A stretch of DNA of 64,000 nt, from assembly GCA_002433075.1 (NCBI GenBank), contig DJHM01000042.1, positions 2,804-66,803 of the forward strand, read 5' to 3'. Shown in pieces: positions 40,844 through 51,497 of the stretch (positions are counted from its first letter, which is position 1; each line of letters begins with the position of its first letter). The notes beneath the pieces were generated by a model that saw nothing but the letters and a program-made list of their open reading frames with translations, was not told where the DNA came from and did not search any database. The position numbers were made by a program, and so were the translations under genes. This stretch comes from Latescibacteria bacterium UBA6620. GTDB taxonomy: Bacteria; Latescibacterota; UBA2968.

Positions 40844-42190
40844 ATGTCCCGGTTCGACTTCTCGATCACCCGTCCATATCTCGGTCTAACCTTACCGCTC
40901 GCCCTCTCCACCCAAGTGGAGAACCTCGTCGGCTTCGCCGAAATTTTCATGGTTCGATCGCTCGGTTCGGAGGCAATCTCGGCGGTCGGAATTGCAAGGA
41001 CGATCCTGTTCGTCCTTGGCATCACGATGATCGCGGTCGCGACCGGAACGATGGCGATGGTGGCTCAATCGGTCGGGGCCAAAGATTTGACCGACGCGAG
41101 CAAGACAGCGAAGCAATCGGTTACCCTCGTGATCCTCATCAGCTCTGTGATCAGCGCCTTGGGCATCCTTACGACGGACATCGCGCTCCGATTACTCAGC
41201 ATCCCTGAACCCGTGGCGATCATCGCAAGCCCCTATCTGCAGGTCGTTTACCTCAGCCTGCCGCTGATGGCACTAGATCGGACACTTGACTCGTGTCTGC
41301 ACGCCGCAGGAGACACGCGAACATCCTTCTACATCGCCCTCGTCTCAAACATCGTGCATCTCATCGGGGCCTACGCTTTTATCTTCGGGGCTTGGGGATT
41401 CCCCGAAATGGGCGTCACGGGTGCGGCGGTCGGGAACCTTGCCCGCACGGTCTTCAGCAATGCCATCCGGTTCGCCGTACTCTACTCGGGGCGGTTCGGC
41501 TTCACATTCCTACCGGGCACATCCTACACGCCAGAGTGGGACCGATCGAAAAGAATCCTCTGCATCGGAATTCCATCCGCGCTTCAGGGGCTCTTCAGAA
41601 ACGGTTCGAACGTGCTTTACATGAAGCTCGTAGCGATGACGGCCAATCCGACCGTCGCTCTCACCGCCTATTCCATCGGTCGTCAGATGGGCATCACGCT
41701 CCGACGAACCTCGCTCTCCTTCGGCACGGCGACTACGTCCATCGTCGGCCGAAGCCTCGGGGCCCGTGAACCCGATCGCGCAAACGCACGTGCCTATACC
41801 GCCCTCGTGCTTTCCGTCGGGATCCTGGGCCTCCTCGGAGGTCCCTTCTACCTGTTCGCCGAAGAACTAATGGGCATCTTCACGCAGGATGTCTCCGTCA
41901 TCCTCGTCGGGATTCCCTACCTCTACTCGCTTGCTGCCGCCGAACCCTTCATGTGTTCTGCGATCACGAGTCAGGGGACCCTGCGCGCTGCCGGAGACAC
42001 AGTATCCCCCCTGATCTATACAATCATCTCGCAGTGGCTGGTCCAGTTGCCGGTCGCCTACCTGCTCGCCTTCACGATCGGCTGGGACACCGACGGAATC
42101 TGGCTCGCCCTCGTAATCTTCAGCGCGATGCAAGGCTTCCTCACCGTGCGAAAGTTCACCCAGGGTCACTGGTTGCATCGAACGCTCTAG
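40844..42190 (+). CDS. MATE-family multidrug/solute efflux transporter.
   Basis: About 448 aa with 12 predicted transmembrane helices and the typical MATE two-lobe repeat. NorM-like. Confidence 0.7.
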   Translation: MSRFDFSITRPYLGLTLPLALSTQVENLVGFAEIFMVRSLGSEAISAVGIARTILFVLGITMIAVATGTMAMVAQSVGAKDLTDASKTAKQSVTLVILISSVISALGILTTDIALRLLSIPEPVAIIASPYLQVVYLSLPLMALDRTLDSCLHAAGDTRTSFYIALVSNIVHLIGAYAFIFGAWGFPEMGVTGAAVGNLARTVFSNAIRFAVLYSGRFGFTFLPGTSYTPEWDRSKRILCIGIPSALQGLFRNGSNVLYMKLVAMTANPTVALTAYSIGRQMGITLRRTSLSFGTATTSIVGRSLGAREPDRANARAYTALVLSVGILGLLGGPFYLFAEELMGIFTQDVSVILVGIPYLYSLAAAEPFMCSAITSQGTLRAAGDTVSPLIYTIISQWLVQLPVAYLLAFTIGWDTDGIWLALVIFSAMQGFLTVRKFTQGHWLHRTL

Positions 42191-42215
42191 CGAGGTCGGA
42201 TTCTCACCAAATCGA

Positions 42216-42256
42216 AAGGCCAGCCATCTTCTGCAATGGCTGGCCTTCTTCAACTC
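42216..42256. terminator. Bidirectional intrinsic terminator between the MATE gene (+) and the porin gene (-).
   Basis: Perfect 10-bp stem ggccagccat(42218-42227)/atggctggcc(42236-42245) with T-rich tracts on both sides. Confidence 0.55.
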
Positions 42257-42286
42257 TCCGAGGAGTCTATCGTCCTTCGGCAACGT

Positions 42287-43233
42287 TCAGAAGTCGAAAC
42301 GAACCCCCACCACCAGGGCCACTTCGTCCGATGGCTGTGCAACGTCGGATGATTTTCTGAAAAATTCGACGAACACCAGGTAGTGATCCCAAAAGGCGTG
42401 ATCGACTCCTACGATGGAATAGATCTCGTTACGATCCACGTCGATCTCATCCTCCCGAACGGTAGCCGCACCCCGCAGGTTGTTCCTGGGTGTGAGGGCC
42501 ACATCGATGGCGCCGCTGTAAAGTCTCTGTCCCCGTTGCAGATCCCGTTTGAGATCCTGGAAAACGCCCGTCAGGCGAACCTTGTTCAGTAAGAGTGATG
42601 CAGCCAGACCGAACAACCCCTCGTGGTCGGGGTCGTCGACATACCCGGCATGAATCTTGACCGCCCCCTGCGACTACGTCCCCGCCACCTCAATCCGCTC
42701 GTCGATCGCATTCCCGGCCCCGTCCGAATCATTCAGTTCGACGAGGGCACCGAAAACAAAGGGTCCCATCGCATTCGAATCGAACCGCGTTCGAAACGAA
42801 CAAATCACCGAACACAACCGCGTCGGCATAGTGACTCCGATGGCGGTCGAGCTCGTCGTCGATGAAATCGTAGTAGAGACCATAGTGACGTCCGATGGCC
42901 ACGGAGCCGAACTTCCCACGCATCCCTACGTGCACCTGACGGAGCTCGTTGTTGTCGGCCCGAACGGCCCCATCATCCTGCCTATCGTTTGCCGAGACAC
43001 GACGCTCGTACTTGTAAAACCCGACCAGCTCGTCTCGAAGCTCGGTCGCGCCCTTCACGCCCACTCGCGAGTAGCCGTCATCCATTCGGCGTAGCGTTTC
43101 CCTCCTTCGGGCGTGCGAACGATCAGCTCAGGTCTGAGGCTCCCATAGATGTCGACCAGGTCTGGGTCTTCCCCCAGGGCATCGACCGTGAAAACCATCA
43201 CCAACAGAATCCCCAACCCCACTTTCATCGGCC
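42287..43233 (-). pseudogene. Outer-membrane porin (phosphate-selective porin O/P-like), frameshifted.
   Basis: A signal peptide (MKVGLGILLVMVFTVDALGE..) at 43233 sits in a different frame from the body (42729..43085). The C-terminal beta-barrel part (42287..42616) ends in ...VGVRFDF. At least two frame changes. Confidence 0.45.
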
Positions 43234-43385
43234 CTCCCTTACATTCAAGTGCTTACATCACGCTGAGCAGGACCTATTGCGAGATCCTACCAATTCGACT
43301 CAGACAGCGAGGATTCTAATGCCAGATGGCTGGGACTATAGACAAGGGCGGAGGGAACCAGTCCAACAAATCGTTCCTCGGGTAT

Positions 43386-44840
43386 CTAATGGCTCATTTC
43401 CCGATCCACCACCGCGTCAAGACCTCCTATAGGCATGGACCCGATGTAGTGGCCATTCACGAAGAACGTTGGAGTCGATCCCACACCCAGCGAGTCTCCC
43501 TCGTCGATATCCGCCTGAACGATCCTTCCTCCGTCGCCTGACTTGACACAAGCATCGACCGCCAACGCATCCAGCCCTAGCGCTTCGACGTGATTCCAAA
43601 TCGCACGCTTACTCAGATCGTTCTGATTCGCGAATAGCCGGTCTACGACTTTCCAGAATCCATTCTGTTGCTGTGCGCACGCAGCAACTTCCGCGGCATA
43701 CCTCGCGTGTGGATGCATATTCAGCGGGTAGTGCCTGAAGATGACACGGACGTCCTTCGGCCGCCGCTTAACCAGGTCGTCAATAGCGTGATGTGCCCGT
43801 GCGCAATAGCCGCATTCAAGGTCGGAGAACTCTACAATTGTAACGGGTGCATCAGACGAGCCCTTCTCCGGTCCCCCACGTGGATTCGGGTCGATAACGA
43901 AGCGTTCGGACGCAGGAGGACGATAATCCGTCCCGAATCGCTTCTTCAGGCTCGCCACAAAGACATCCAGCGCTGGTTTACTCTTCCGTCGCCCAATTTC
44001 GCTCCGAATGCGCGACTCGACGTCTTCCCTCGTGGTCCCCGGTTTCAGTCGCCCTTTGATTTGCTCCCATCGATGAGTCACTTCTCCAGCTGTCACGTCG
44101 ATCTTTGAGTACACCTCCTGCTGCACCAGACTCCGGATCGACATCCCCCTATTCTTCGCCTCTGCTCCTAACACCTGCCTGTCCAACCACTCCGACCGAT
44201 ACTGGTCTTTCGTTTCTTGAAGCTTCATTCGAATGCCCGCATCAACTTCCGAACGCGTGATCTCCCGGTCCCCAATCCTGGCAACAACCTCTCGTCCCTG
44301 CGATCTGGAACCCACGATCAGCCCACCAATACCTGCTTCAACAACCGAATAGATCCCGATGGGTAATGCAATCGCCAGCATAACGGGAGCTACAACAAGA
44401 TGAAGTGGCGGCCCGAATACGGATTGCCCGGGATCTCTTCGATCCGCCGCCCGCCACGCAACGATAAGCAGGGCAAGCATCAGCATCGCCGACCCGAGGC
44501 AGAAAGGGCACCAGGCCTCGATCACAAAAGCTTGAAGATAAAGAAGGAACAGACTTGGCAGGTTGCCCACCACGGCAAGGAGGGAAACGATCCGAATGGC
44601 GTCCCCACGTTCGTCCTCCCGCAGCCCACGCCACGCGGTCATCCAGATGGCGAGGTACAGACCCAGGCCGTAAACCGAAAGCGGGATCCCGAGTAATTTG
44701 GAATAGGGGCTCGCCAGAATTTCCCCACACCCGGATCCGTCCCCGCACGCGGCCGACCCGAATAAATGCGAGTAGGTTAGATACGCGGAATCAAGTACCC
44801 CGAAGGTGGCAAGAAAAATCAGAATGAGCGTGGTAGTCAT
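43386..44840 (-). CDS. VKOR (vitamin K epoxide reductase) membrane domain fused to a DsbA-like thioredoxin-fold domain.
   Basis: The N-terminal 130 aa carry the VKOR loop Cys pair (CGDGSGC) and the TM CXXC (CPFC). The C-terminal domain carries CXXC (ECGYCARAH) in a DsbA-like fold. A SurA-N-like linker of about 150 aa lies between them. Confidence 0.7.
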   Translation of the reverse strand: MTTTLILIFLATFGVLDSAYLTYSHLFGSAACGDGSGCGEILASPYSKLLGIPLSVYGLGLYLAIWMTAWRGLREDERGDAIRIVSLLAVVGNLPSLFLLYLQAFVIEAWCPFCLGSAMLMLALLIVAWRAADRRDPGQSVFGPPLHLVVAPVMLAIALPIGIYSVVEAGIGGLIVGSRSQGREVVARIGDREITRSEVDAGIRMKLQETKDQYRSEWLDRQVLGAEAKNRGMSIRSLVQQEVYSKIDVTAGEVTHRWEQIKGRLKPGTTREDVESRIRSEIGRRKSKPALDVFVASLKKRFGTDYRPPASERFVIDPNPRGGPEKGSSDAPVTIVEFSDLECGYCARAHHAIDDLVKRRPKDVRVIFRHYPLNMHPHARYAAEVAACAQQQNGFWKVVDRLFANQNDLSKRAIWNHVEALGLDALAVDACVKSGDGGRIVQADIDEGDSLGVGSTPTFFVNGHYIGSMPIGGLDAVVDREMSH

Positions 44841-44945
44841 TGGAAAGTCTTGACGTTCCCAAGCTTGTTTCGCTCCGCGGCCACAGGAACACTAAGCACC
44901 CGTGGTGGACTGTGCACTCTACACTTCGCATTCTTAACCCGAACA

Positions 44946-45807
44946 CTAAGGCTTGGCATACTCACCAATCAGCTCCTCAAGCCTCCCCGAACTCTCCATC
45001 TCTTCCAAACGTCGATCGAAGGCTTGCTTGAGGCGCCATCCCAGTTCGCTCCGTGAAAACATCAGATGCATCGTCGTCTTTTCGAGGCCTGGAATCACAG
45101 GATAGCCGAGATCCGGATCGTCAATAAAGGGCTTGTCGATTTCTCTGAACCCGCCAAACACCTCTGACCATTCGATGAACAGGTCGATTCTGCCACGATG
45201 CAGCTTGCAAATCAAAATCTCGTGTCCATCAACCCGACCTTCGAGGTCATCCTCCGTAAGTCCATAGTCGACATAGTTGTAACCGTGAATACCATTGATC
45301 CGATAGTTCTTGAGGTCCTCGGCACGCTCGATGGGCAGCCCATCTGGATAGTGCCGCTTGGAATAAAAGTAGGACGGCGTCATCTGATAGATCGGGCGTG
45401 AAACGTGGTAGATACCTTACCGCTCAGAGTTCACAGTCGCATCCAGCAGGATCTGGTAATGCGTTCCCTTCGCCACTTCCCGAAGACAGCGACGCCAAAT
45501 CGACAACGACTGCCGACTTCTCCAGAGCAAGCACCTCACGCACCAAGGCAGGCGTGTACCCCCCAACCTTCTCCGTCTCTCCAGAGTTTCCCCGGACCAT
45601 AAACAGATAGGGTGGCCACTCCGCCGCATCCCCGCACGCCCGGACCGTCTTCACGGTGACCTCGGTCCCATCCACGCACAGTGGTGTGATGACTCCCCAC
45701 ACCATCAAGACCAGATAGCCGAATGATCTGAGAGAATACACTTCCCGAACCGTATTCTGAGAGATGATACAGTCAGCGCTGCGAACTGAGTGAATCAGCA
45801 GATCCAC
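44946..45807 (-). pseudogene. Family-3 solute-binding protein (amino-acid ABC transporter type), frameshifted.
   Basis: The N-terminal lobe (45424..45807, AEWPPYLFMVRGNSGE...GYTPALVREV) and the C-terminal lobe (44946..45383) lie in different frames. Confidence 0.5.
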
Positions 45808-45950
45808 CCCTGACTCGGAGATTCCAAGCGAGTTACAGGAAGCTCGGAAAAGATTGTTTTGTCAAGACTTGAAGCAAGGTCCGGGGCAGGAGTTCTGAAC
45901 CACCTCACCCAGGAGCACAACGAGAAGAACGTCCCAGGTGGGCCATACCT

Positions 45951-47195
45951 CTACCGCCAGAACCGTTCGACGCGTCCGCCCGCCTCCGCAACGGGCCAGT
46001 AACTCTCAGGCGCATCTTCCCACTTCGGCACCGTATGGCCGTCGCGCTCGAATTCGACCTTCCCTTTCCGCACCGTCATCACGCAGGACAGTTTCTCGGC
46101 TGAGTCCATCCGCGTAAAACCACAGTCCTGGAAGGAGAAGGATCCTTCCTCCACCTCGATCACGGCAACATCCGCCTCGGCGCCCTCGCTCAGCGTTCCC
46201 AGATCCGTCCGCCGAATCGCCTGTGCCGGCGTCACCGTCGACCGGTAGATGACATCGGTCAGCGACATCCCCATCGCCAAACACTTCGACATCGTATCGA
46301 GCATACTGATGACGGGGCCCCGGATATTTCCCATATGCAGATCCGTGCTGATCGAATCGGGTACGAACCCGTCTGCGATGGCTCGTGCACCGTTTCGGAA
46401 CCAGAAGCTGCCAGCCCCGTGCCCAAGGTCGAACCAAGTCCCACGCTCACGCGCCTCGTGCATATAGGGCTCCACCCTCTCGTTTTCGTCGATGACGGGA
46501 AATTGCCTCGCGAATACGTGCGTGTGAATATCACCGGGCCGCATCTTTTCCAGAATGAGATCCGGATAGGGACGATCCGGGGGTCGCGGCCAGAAATCGA
46601 CCATCACCGGCATTTCGCACGCCCTGCCGGCGTCGACCGCCTTCTCCACCGACTCCCACGGAGGATGCAGGTCGTCGAACGGCTCTCTCGTCCAGTAGTG
46701 GGCAGTCTTGATGCCGACCACGACGTCGCTGTGCCTGACCGCCGCCGCAGCCGCAGCATCCACGTCGAAGTTCGAAATCGTCTGTTCGGGGGCGCCCATC
46801 CCGGGTTTGGAGATGTTCATGTAGGCCAGGATGCGCGTGGTCGCTTTCTCGATTACGCTTTCCCGGAAGTGGTCCATCTCATTTGCTCCCGCCGTGCCCG
46901 TGTCCACGCACGTCGTCACACCCGAATTCAGGAAGTGGGCATCCGCATTCAGACTCGCCACGAACAGCCCGGGCCCGTCGTTCAGACGCCCCGTATAGGC
47001 GTGCACGTGGATGTCGATCAGCCCCGGCGTCACCAGCAGACCGCTGACATCCACGACGGCCAGCGCACCATCCGCAGGAAGCGAAGTCCCGACCTTCGCG
47101 ATCTTTCCATCCGCGATTGCCACATCAGCGATGCCGTCGACCCCGTTCGCGGGATCGATCACGCGTCCACCCTGAAAAATCAGGTCGTAGCTCAA
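45951..47195 (-). CDS. Amidohydrolase-family metallohydrolase (D-aminoacylase / dihydroorotase-like).
   Basis: DIHVHAY metal-binding motif and a TIM-barrel amidohydrolase fold. A Shine-Dalgarno aaggag precedes the ATG. Confidence 0.65.
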   Translation of the reverse strand: MSYDLIFQGGRVIDPANGVDGIADVAIADGKIAKVGTSLPADGALAVVDVSGLLVTPGLIDIHVHAYTGRLNDGPGLFVASLNADAHFLNSGVTTCVDTGTAGANEMDHFRESVIEKATTRILAYMNISKPGMGAPEQTISNFDVDAAAAAAVRHSDVVVGIKTAHYWTREPFDDLHPPWESVEKAVDAGRACEMPVMVDFWPRPPDRPYPDLILEKMRPGDIHTHVFARQFPVIDENERVEPYMHEARERGTWFDLGHGAGSFWFRNGARAIADGFVPDSISTDLHMGNIRGPVISMLDTMSKCLAMGMSLTDVIYRSTVTPAQAIRRTDLGTLSEGAEADVAVIEVEEGSFSFQDCGFTRMDSAEKLSCVMTVRKGKVEFERDGHTVPKWEDAPESYWPVAEAGGRVERFWR

Positions 47196-47214
47196 TTCGA
47201 ACTCCTTGTCATAT

Positions 47215-47244
47215 TATGGATGTTCAACTTATGGATGTTCAACG
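47215..47244. repeat. Perfect tandem duplication of a 15-mer (ttatggatgttcaac x2).
   Basis: It is directly upstream of the amidohydrolase start on the minus strand, about 25 nt before the Shine-Dalgarno sequence. Confidence 0.6.
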
Positions 47245-47469
47245 GTTCAGCACACCGACCGTCTTGTTGGCTGACCTGCCCCCGCCTTGAATCATCACGG
47301 TGTAGATCCCGTCACTCACGATACGTTCGTTCCGGTCTCTGCCGTCCCACTGCACCACGTTGATGCCCGCGTTCAGGCGGCGGCCCGTCACAACCTCTCG
47401 AATCAGGTTGCCGCCAACGCTGAACACGGCTCCAATTCCCCCAAAAAATGGGATTGCGACTTGCATCAC
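47239..47469 (-). pseudogene. Orphan T9SS C-terminal sorting domain, a remnant of a secreted protein.
   Basis: The 76-aa ORF ends ...NVVQWDGRDRNERIVSDGIYTVMIQGGGRSANKTVGVLNR, matching the T9SS type-A CTD pattern. No upstream catalytic domain remains. Confidence 0.4.
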
Positions 47470-47578
47470 GCAACCCGCGGGACCGCCGATCAGGGCCTGC
47501 CTCCATCCAGGTTGCTCTCGACCGCCGGGTAGGTTTTCCTATAGACCCGCTATTCGACCTCAACCTGGAGAACGCAGA

Positions 47579-48547
47579 ATGTCCAAAGCTGTCTTCATCA
47601 CGGGCCTCGAACCCGATCTCGCCGCCGATTTCGTCGGTCAAGCCCCACCACACATCAAAACCACCCTCCTGCACCATACCGCGTCAGTGGAAGAAAAATT
47701 GGCGCACGTCGCCGACGCGGATGCGCTCATCATCTTCCGTCCCAACCGCATTGAAAACGACCTGCTCGGTGCGGGGCAGAATCTCAAGCTCCTTCAGCTT
47801 GTCAGCGCGGGTTTCGAGCACATCGACCTCGACCTTTGCGCTTCACTGAAGCTGCCTGTTGCAAACAATGGCGGAACGAATTCTATCGATGTTGCCGAGC
47901 AAACCCTGGCACTGATCCTGGGTATCTACCGGCGGCTGACTGATCTGAACGCGGAGGTCCAGGAGGGTGCGTGGGGCAGAATGCCGACCGGGCAGTGCAC
48001 CCATACAATCCACGGGAAAACGGTCGGCATCATCGGGCTGGGTCACATTGGCCGGCAGGTGGCAGAGCGCTTGAAACCTTTCGGGCCGCGGATGCTCTAC
48101 AGCGATGCGATTCGTGCAGGCGAGGATGTGGAAAAAACACTGGGTGTGGAGTATGCAGAACGCGAGGCGTTGCTGGAGCGGGCCGACATCGTCACGCTGC
48201 ACGTCCCCATCAACGATGCGACACGCAATATGATCGACGCCGCAGCCCTGGCCCGGATGAAGTCGACTGCCATTCTCGTCAACACCTGCCGGGGGGGCGT
48301 AATCGACGAACCCGCTCTCACCAAAGCTCTAAGCGAAGGCAGCATCGCATTTGCCGGTCTGGACGTGTTGGCCCAGGAACCGCCCGAGCGGGACAACCCC
48401 TTGCTCTCATTGCCCAATGTGCTGCTCACCCCGCACGCGGCGGGCATCACACGTGATACGTGGACGCGACGAGGCAAGTTCGTCTACGAGAACATCGAGC
48501 GTGTCCTGAATGGTAAAGCCCCTCTCTCTCGCATAGACGGTCGATGA
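47579..48547 (+). CDS. D-isomer-specific 2-hydroxyacid dehydrogenase (NAD-binding).
   Basis: GKTVGIIGLGHIGRQVA Rossmann motif and catalytic R/E/H residues. The start is reassigned to MSKAVFITG at 47579. Confidence 0.8.
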   Translation: MSKAVFITGLEPDLAADFVGQAPPHIKTTLLHHTASVEEKLAHVADADALIIFRPNRIENDLLGAGQNLKLLQLVSAGFEHIDLDLCASLKLPVANNGGTNSIDVAEQTLALILGIYRRLTDLNAEVQEGAWGRMPTGQCTHTIHGKTVGIIGLGHIGRQVAERLKPFGPRMLYSDAIRAGEDVEKTLGVEYAEREALLERADIVTLHVPINDATRNMIDAAALARMKSTAILVNTCRGGVIDEPALTKALSEGSIAFAGLDVLAQEPPERDNPLLSLPNVLLTPHAAGITRDTWTRRGKFVYENIERVLNGKAPLSRIDGR

Positions 48548-48613
48548 CGGACTTTATGGTGACGAGAGACAGCAGCCTCTTCGCTTCACCACCTTGCATC
48601 AAGGAAGGATTCA

Positions 48614-49580
48614 GTGACCCTGAGATTCTGGTGCTTCACACTGCTTGCCTTACTCCTGTGCCCGTTTGCCTCTCACAGCGAGCCCGTCGGAAATAGGATC
48701 ACAAACCTGTACGATGCCTTCGGGAAGGACATTCCGGGGTTGACCCAGGACTTCGGGTTTTCTGCATTAATCGAATGGGAAGGGAAGAAAATCCTGTTCG
48801 ACGCAGGGCCGGACGCTGAGATCCAGAAACAGAACGCAAAGACCCTCGGGGTCGATCTCAGCGATGTCGACCTTGCAGTCGCTTCACACAGTCACTTCGA
48901 CCACATCAACGGGTTCGACTATCTATTGACCGTCAACCCGGACGTGAAAATCTACTTTCCCAGCGACCCCTTCTTCGAAGCCCCTTTCGTCTTCGATGTA
49001 ACCGGGACTGATTCGGCGGCATCGAACGCGCTGTCGGTCGATCAACGATACTTTCGTGGGGGGAACACACGGTTCACGTTCGAACAGAGCGGACGCTTCT
49101 GCGAAATCGAACATCGAATTCGTTTCGGAGAGCAGAGAGATCTTGCCCGGCCTGAATCTCGTGACAACACGATCTCCGTTTCTAGGATATTTCAGTCGGT
49201 ACCCGAATCTTACCGGTTTCGGAGAGGCGACTACGAACGACGAGATCAACACCACCGGCCTTCCCGAACTCTCACTCACTTTAGAGACTGAAAAGGGTAC
49301 GACCCTGATCGTGGGTTGCTCGCACAGTCTCGTCAAGACGATTACCCGTGAAGCCCGGTCCTATCTGGGTCGAGACATCGGCTTTGTAGAGGGTGGCTTC
49401 CATCTCCTCCCTTACAAAGGCGACGAAATCGGCGAAATGGCCCAGCGGATGCGAGACGAACTCGGGGTGAGCCGGGTGGCCCCCGCTCACTGTACCGGCC
49501 ACCTCGGGTTCAAGGTCTTCAGCGAAATCTTCGGACCCTCCTACGTTCAGGCCGGTCTCGGGGCCATTACAGACTTCTGA
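48614..49580 (+). pseudogene. MBL-fold metallo-hydrolase with a frame change (or a sequencing indel).
   Basis: The N-terminal part carries HSHFDH (48614..). The C-terminal part (49056..49580, ...IVGCSHS...APAHCTGH) is in another frame. The two overlap around the G6 homopolymer at 49068-49073. Confidence 0.45.
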
Positions 49581-50363
49581 TCCTGCTTCACAAATCCAGC
49601 CGGGCAAGTGCGCGGCTCATCCAATCCAGTCGAGGATCGTGGTCAGATGGACTGGACGTCCCGTCAATCCTTCTGACGTACCGCCGACGGTCGACCAGCA
49701 ACGGAACCGGGGCGTTTGGCCAGCGATCTCTTCGCAATCGGATTCTGTGTCTCGGCTCTGCGGTATGGGGTGTCACGGGGTTACCCCTCCTTTCCTCGGG
49801 TTGCTCGATGAAAAAGCAACCTCCGTGCCCGGAAATGGATACCCCTCCCCACGTATTAAAGCCGATGAGCAGGCCCGAGACCCCAAAAATTCGAGACATC
49901 ATCGCCCCGGTCGAGACATTCGTGTCCCACCACGTTTGGAGCCCCACACAATGTCCGGGTACGAAGCCAGCGGCAGACACTCCGACTGAACGCAGGCAGG
50001 CAATTCAACGTCGTGGTATAAACGAAAAGGCCCGAACTAGAAAATTAGGAGAGCTTTTCCTCGATCATCTTCGGATGATCCCCGGACTGAATGCTCATTA
50101 CCCCTTCAACCGCTTTTCAAAGTTTGAGCTCCGTTTCCCGAGCGAGCGACTCCGACAGCTCTCCCAAGATCGCCTGCAAGAGGGCAGGCCCCACCCCAAG
50201 CTGTGCGCTCTCTATGGTTGGTCTTCGGAATCGACGGGTGTTCTGAACCCTCATAGCGCTTGAATTCGCGTCTGAGTAACCCGATATTCTCCACACGGTT
50301 GTCCGCAAGAGCACACGCCCCAGCAGTCCTTTTGCTGCAGATTTCAGGTGAGGAGATCTTTCG

Positions 50364-51497
50364 ATGTCCGTAGCCACGTATCGCCGCCCGGTAGAGCGGG
50401 TCGAGGTCGACGTACCCGTCAAGACCAAGTCCGTTCCAGAGATCATCGACTGCGACGTCCACCACAACCCTGGAAAGCCCGAGGCGCTGTTTCCTTTCCT
50501 GCCCCGACAGTATGTGGAGCAGATCAAGGACTTCGGGACCATGATGCCGGGATTGGGCTACACCAATATGCCGGGCAAAGGGTCGCGTCACGATCTCTGG
50601 GCCGAAATTGACGGCGAGGAAAACCCGGCCGCCCTGGTCGAAGTCTGTGTCGAAAAGCATTTGGATCGATACGAAATCGACCTCGGTGTTCTGACCGGCG
50701 GGCCATACCCCGCCGCCGTCCACCACAACCCGGATTATGCCTCCGCCTATTGCCGCGCTTTCAACGACTGGACGGGAGAAGCGTGGCTCGCGGTGGACGA
50801 TCGACTACGTGGATCGATCCATATCTCACCCGCCGATCCGCAGCTCGCCGTCGAAGAGATCGATCGGCTCGGCCCCGATCCCCGCTACGTCCAGGTGATG
50901 ATGCCGGCCGGGGCACGAATGCCCTTTGGCAACCGACACTATCATCCCATCTACAAGGCGTGCGAGCGTCATGGTCTTCCTGTTTCCTGTCACTTCGGCG
51001 CTGAAGGCGCCGGGACCTCCTCGCCTCCGACGGCGGCAGGTTACCCCACCTATTATCTCGAGATGCGGATGGCCCGGCCGCAGATCGCGATGGCCCACGT
51101 TACGAGCCTGATCTGCGAGGGCGTGTTCGAGAAATTCCCCGAATTTATGTTCCTCTTCGTCGAGGTGGACACGTTCTGGCTGCCCGGGCTCCTCTGGCAT
51201 ATGGATAAGGACTGGAGATCACTCCGCGACTACACGCCCTGGGTCAAGAAGCTTCCCAGCGAATATGTTCGCTCCAACATCCGTCTCGGCACTCAGCCAA
51301 TGCCCGACCTGACCGATCGCGGAGATATGGAGACCTATCTCAGGTGGTGCCGGGCAGACGAGGTCTTCGTATTCGCGAGCGACTACCCCCACTGGGACTG
51401 GGACGAGCCATCCAGTCTGCTCAAAGGCTTCGACGACGACCTTCGTGCGAAGATCTTCGGGACCAACGCGCGCAAGATGTATGGCATCTGCGACTAA
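50364..51497 (+). CDS. Amidohydrolase_2 (ACMSD-like metal-dependent hydrolase/decarboxylase) family protein.
   Basis: IDCDVHH metal-binding motif, followed by later His/Asp ligands (SCHFG... DYPHWD). Confidence 0.65.
   Translation: MSVATYRRPVERVEVDVPVKTKSVPEIIDCDVHHNPGKPEALFPFLPRQYVEQIKDFGTMMPGLGYTNMPGKGSRHDLWAEIDGEENPAALVEVCVEKHLDRYEIDLGVLTGGPYPAAVHHNPDYASAYCRAFNDWTGEAWLAVDDRLRGSIHISPADPQLAVEEIDRLGPDPRYVQVMMPAGARMPFGNRHYHPIYKACERHGLPVSCHFGAEGAGTSSPPTAAGYPTYYLEMRMARPQIAMAHVTSLICEGVFEKFPEFMFLFVEVDTFWLPGLLWHMDKDWRSLRDYTPWVKKLPSEYVRSNIRLGTQPMPDLTDRGDMETYLRWCRADEVFVFASDYPHWDWDEPSSLLKGFDDDLRAKIFGTNARKMYGICD

Noticed and set aside
49808-50263. 151-aa ORF in the 780-bp gap before the amidohydrolase_2 gene
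   Set aside because: It has no recognisable domain, an odd composition and no start context. The region is more likely regulatory or non-coding. The opposite-strand ORF 50106-50726 overlaps the real gene start.
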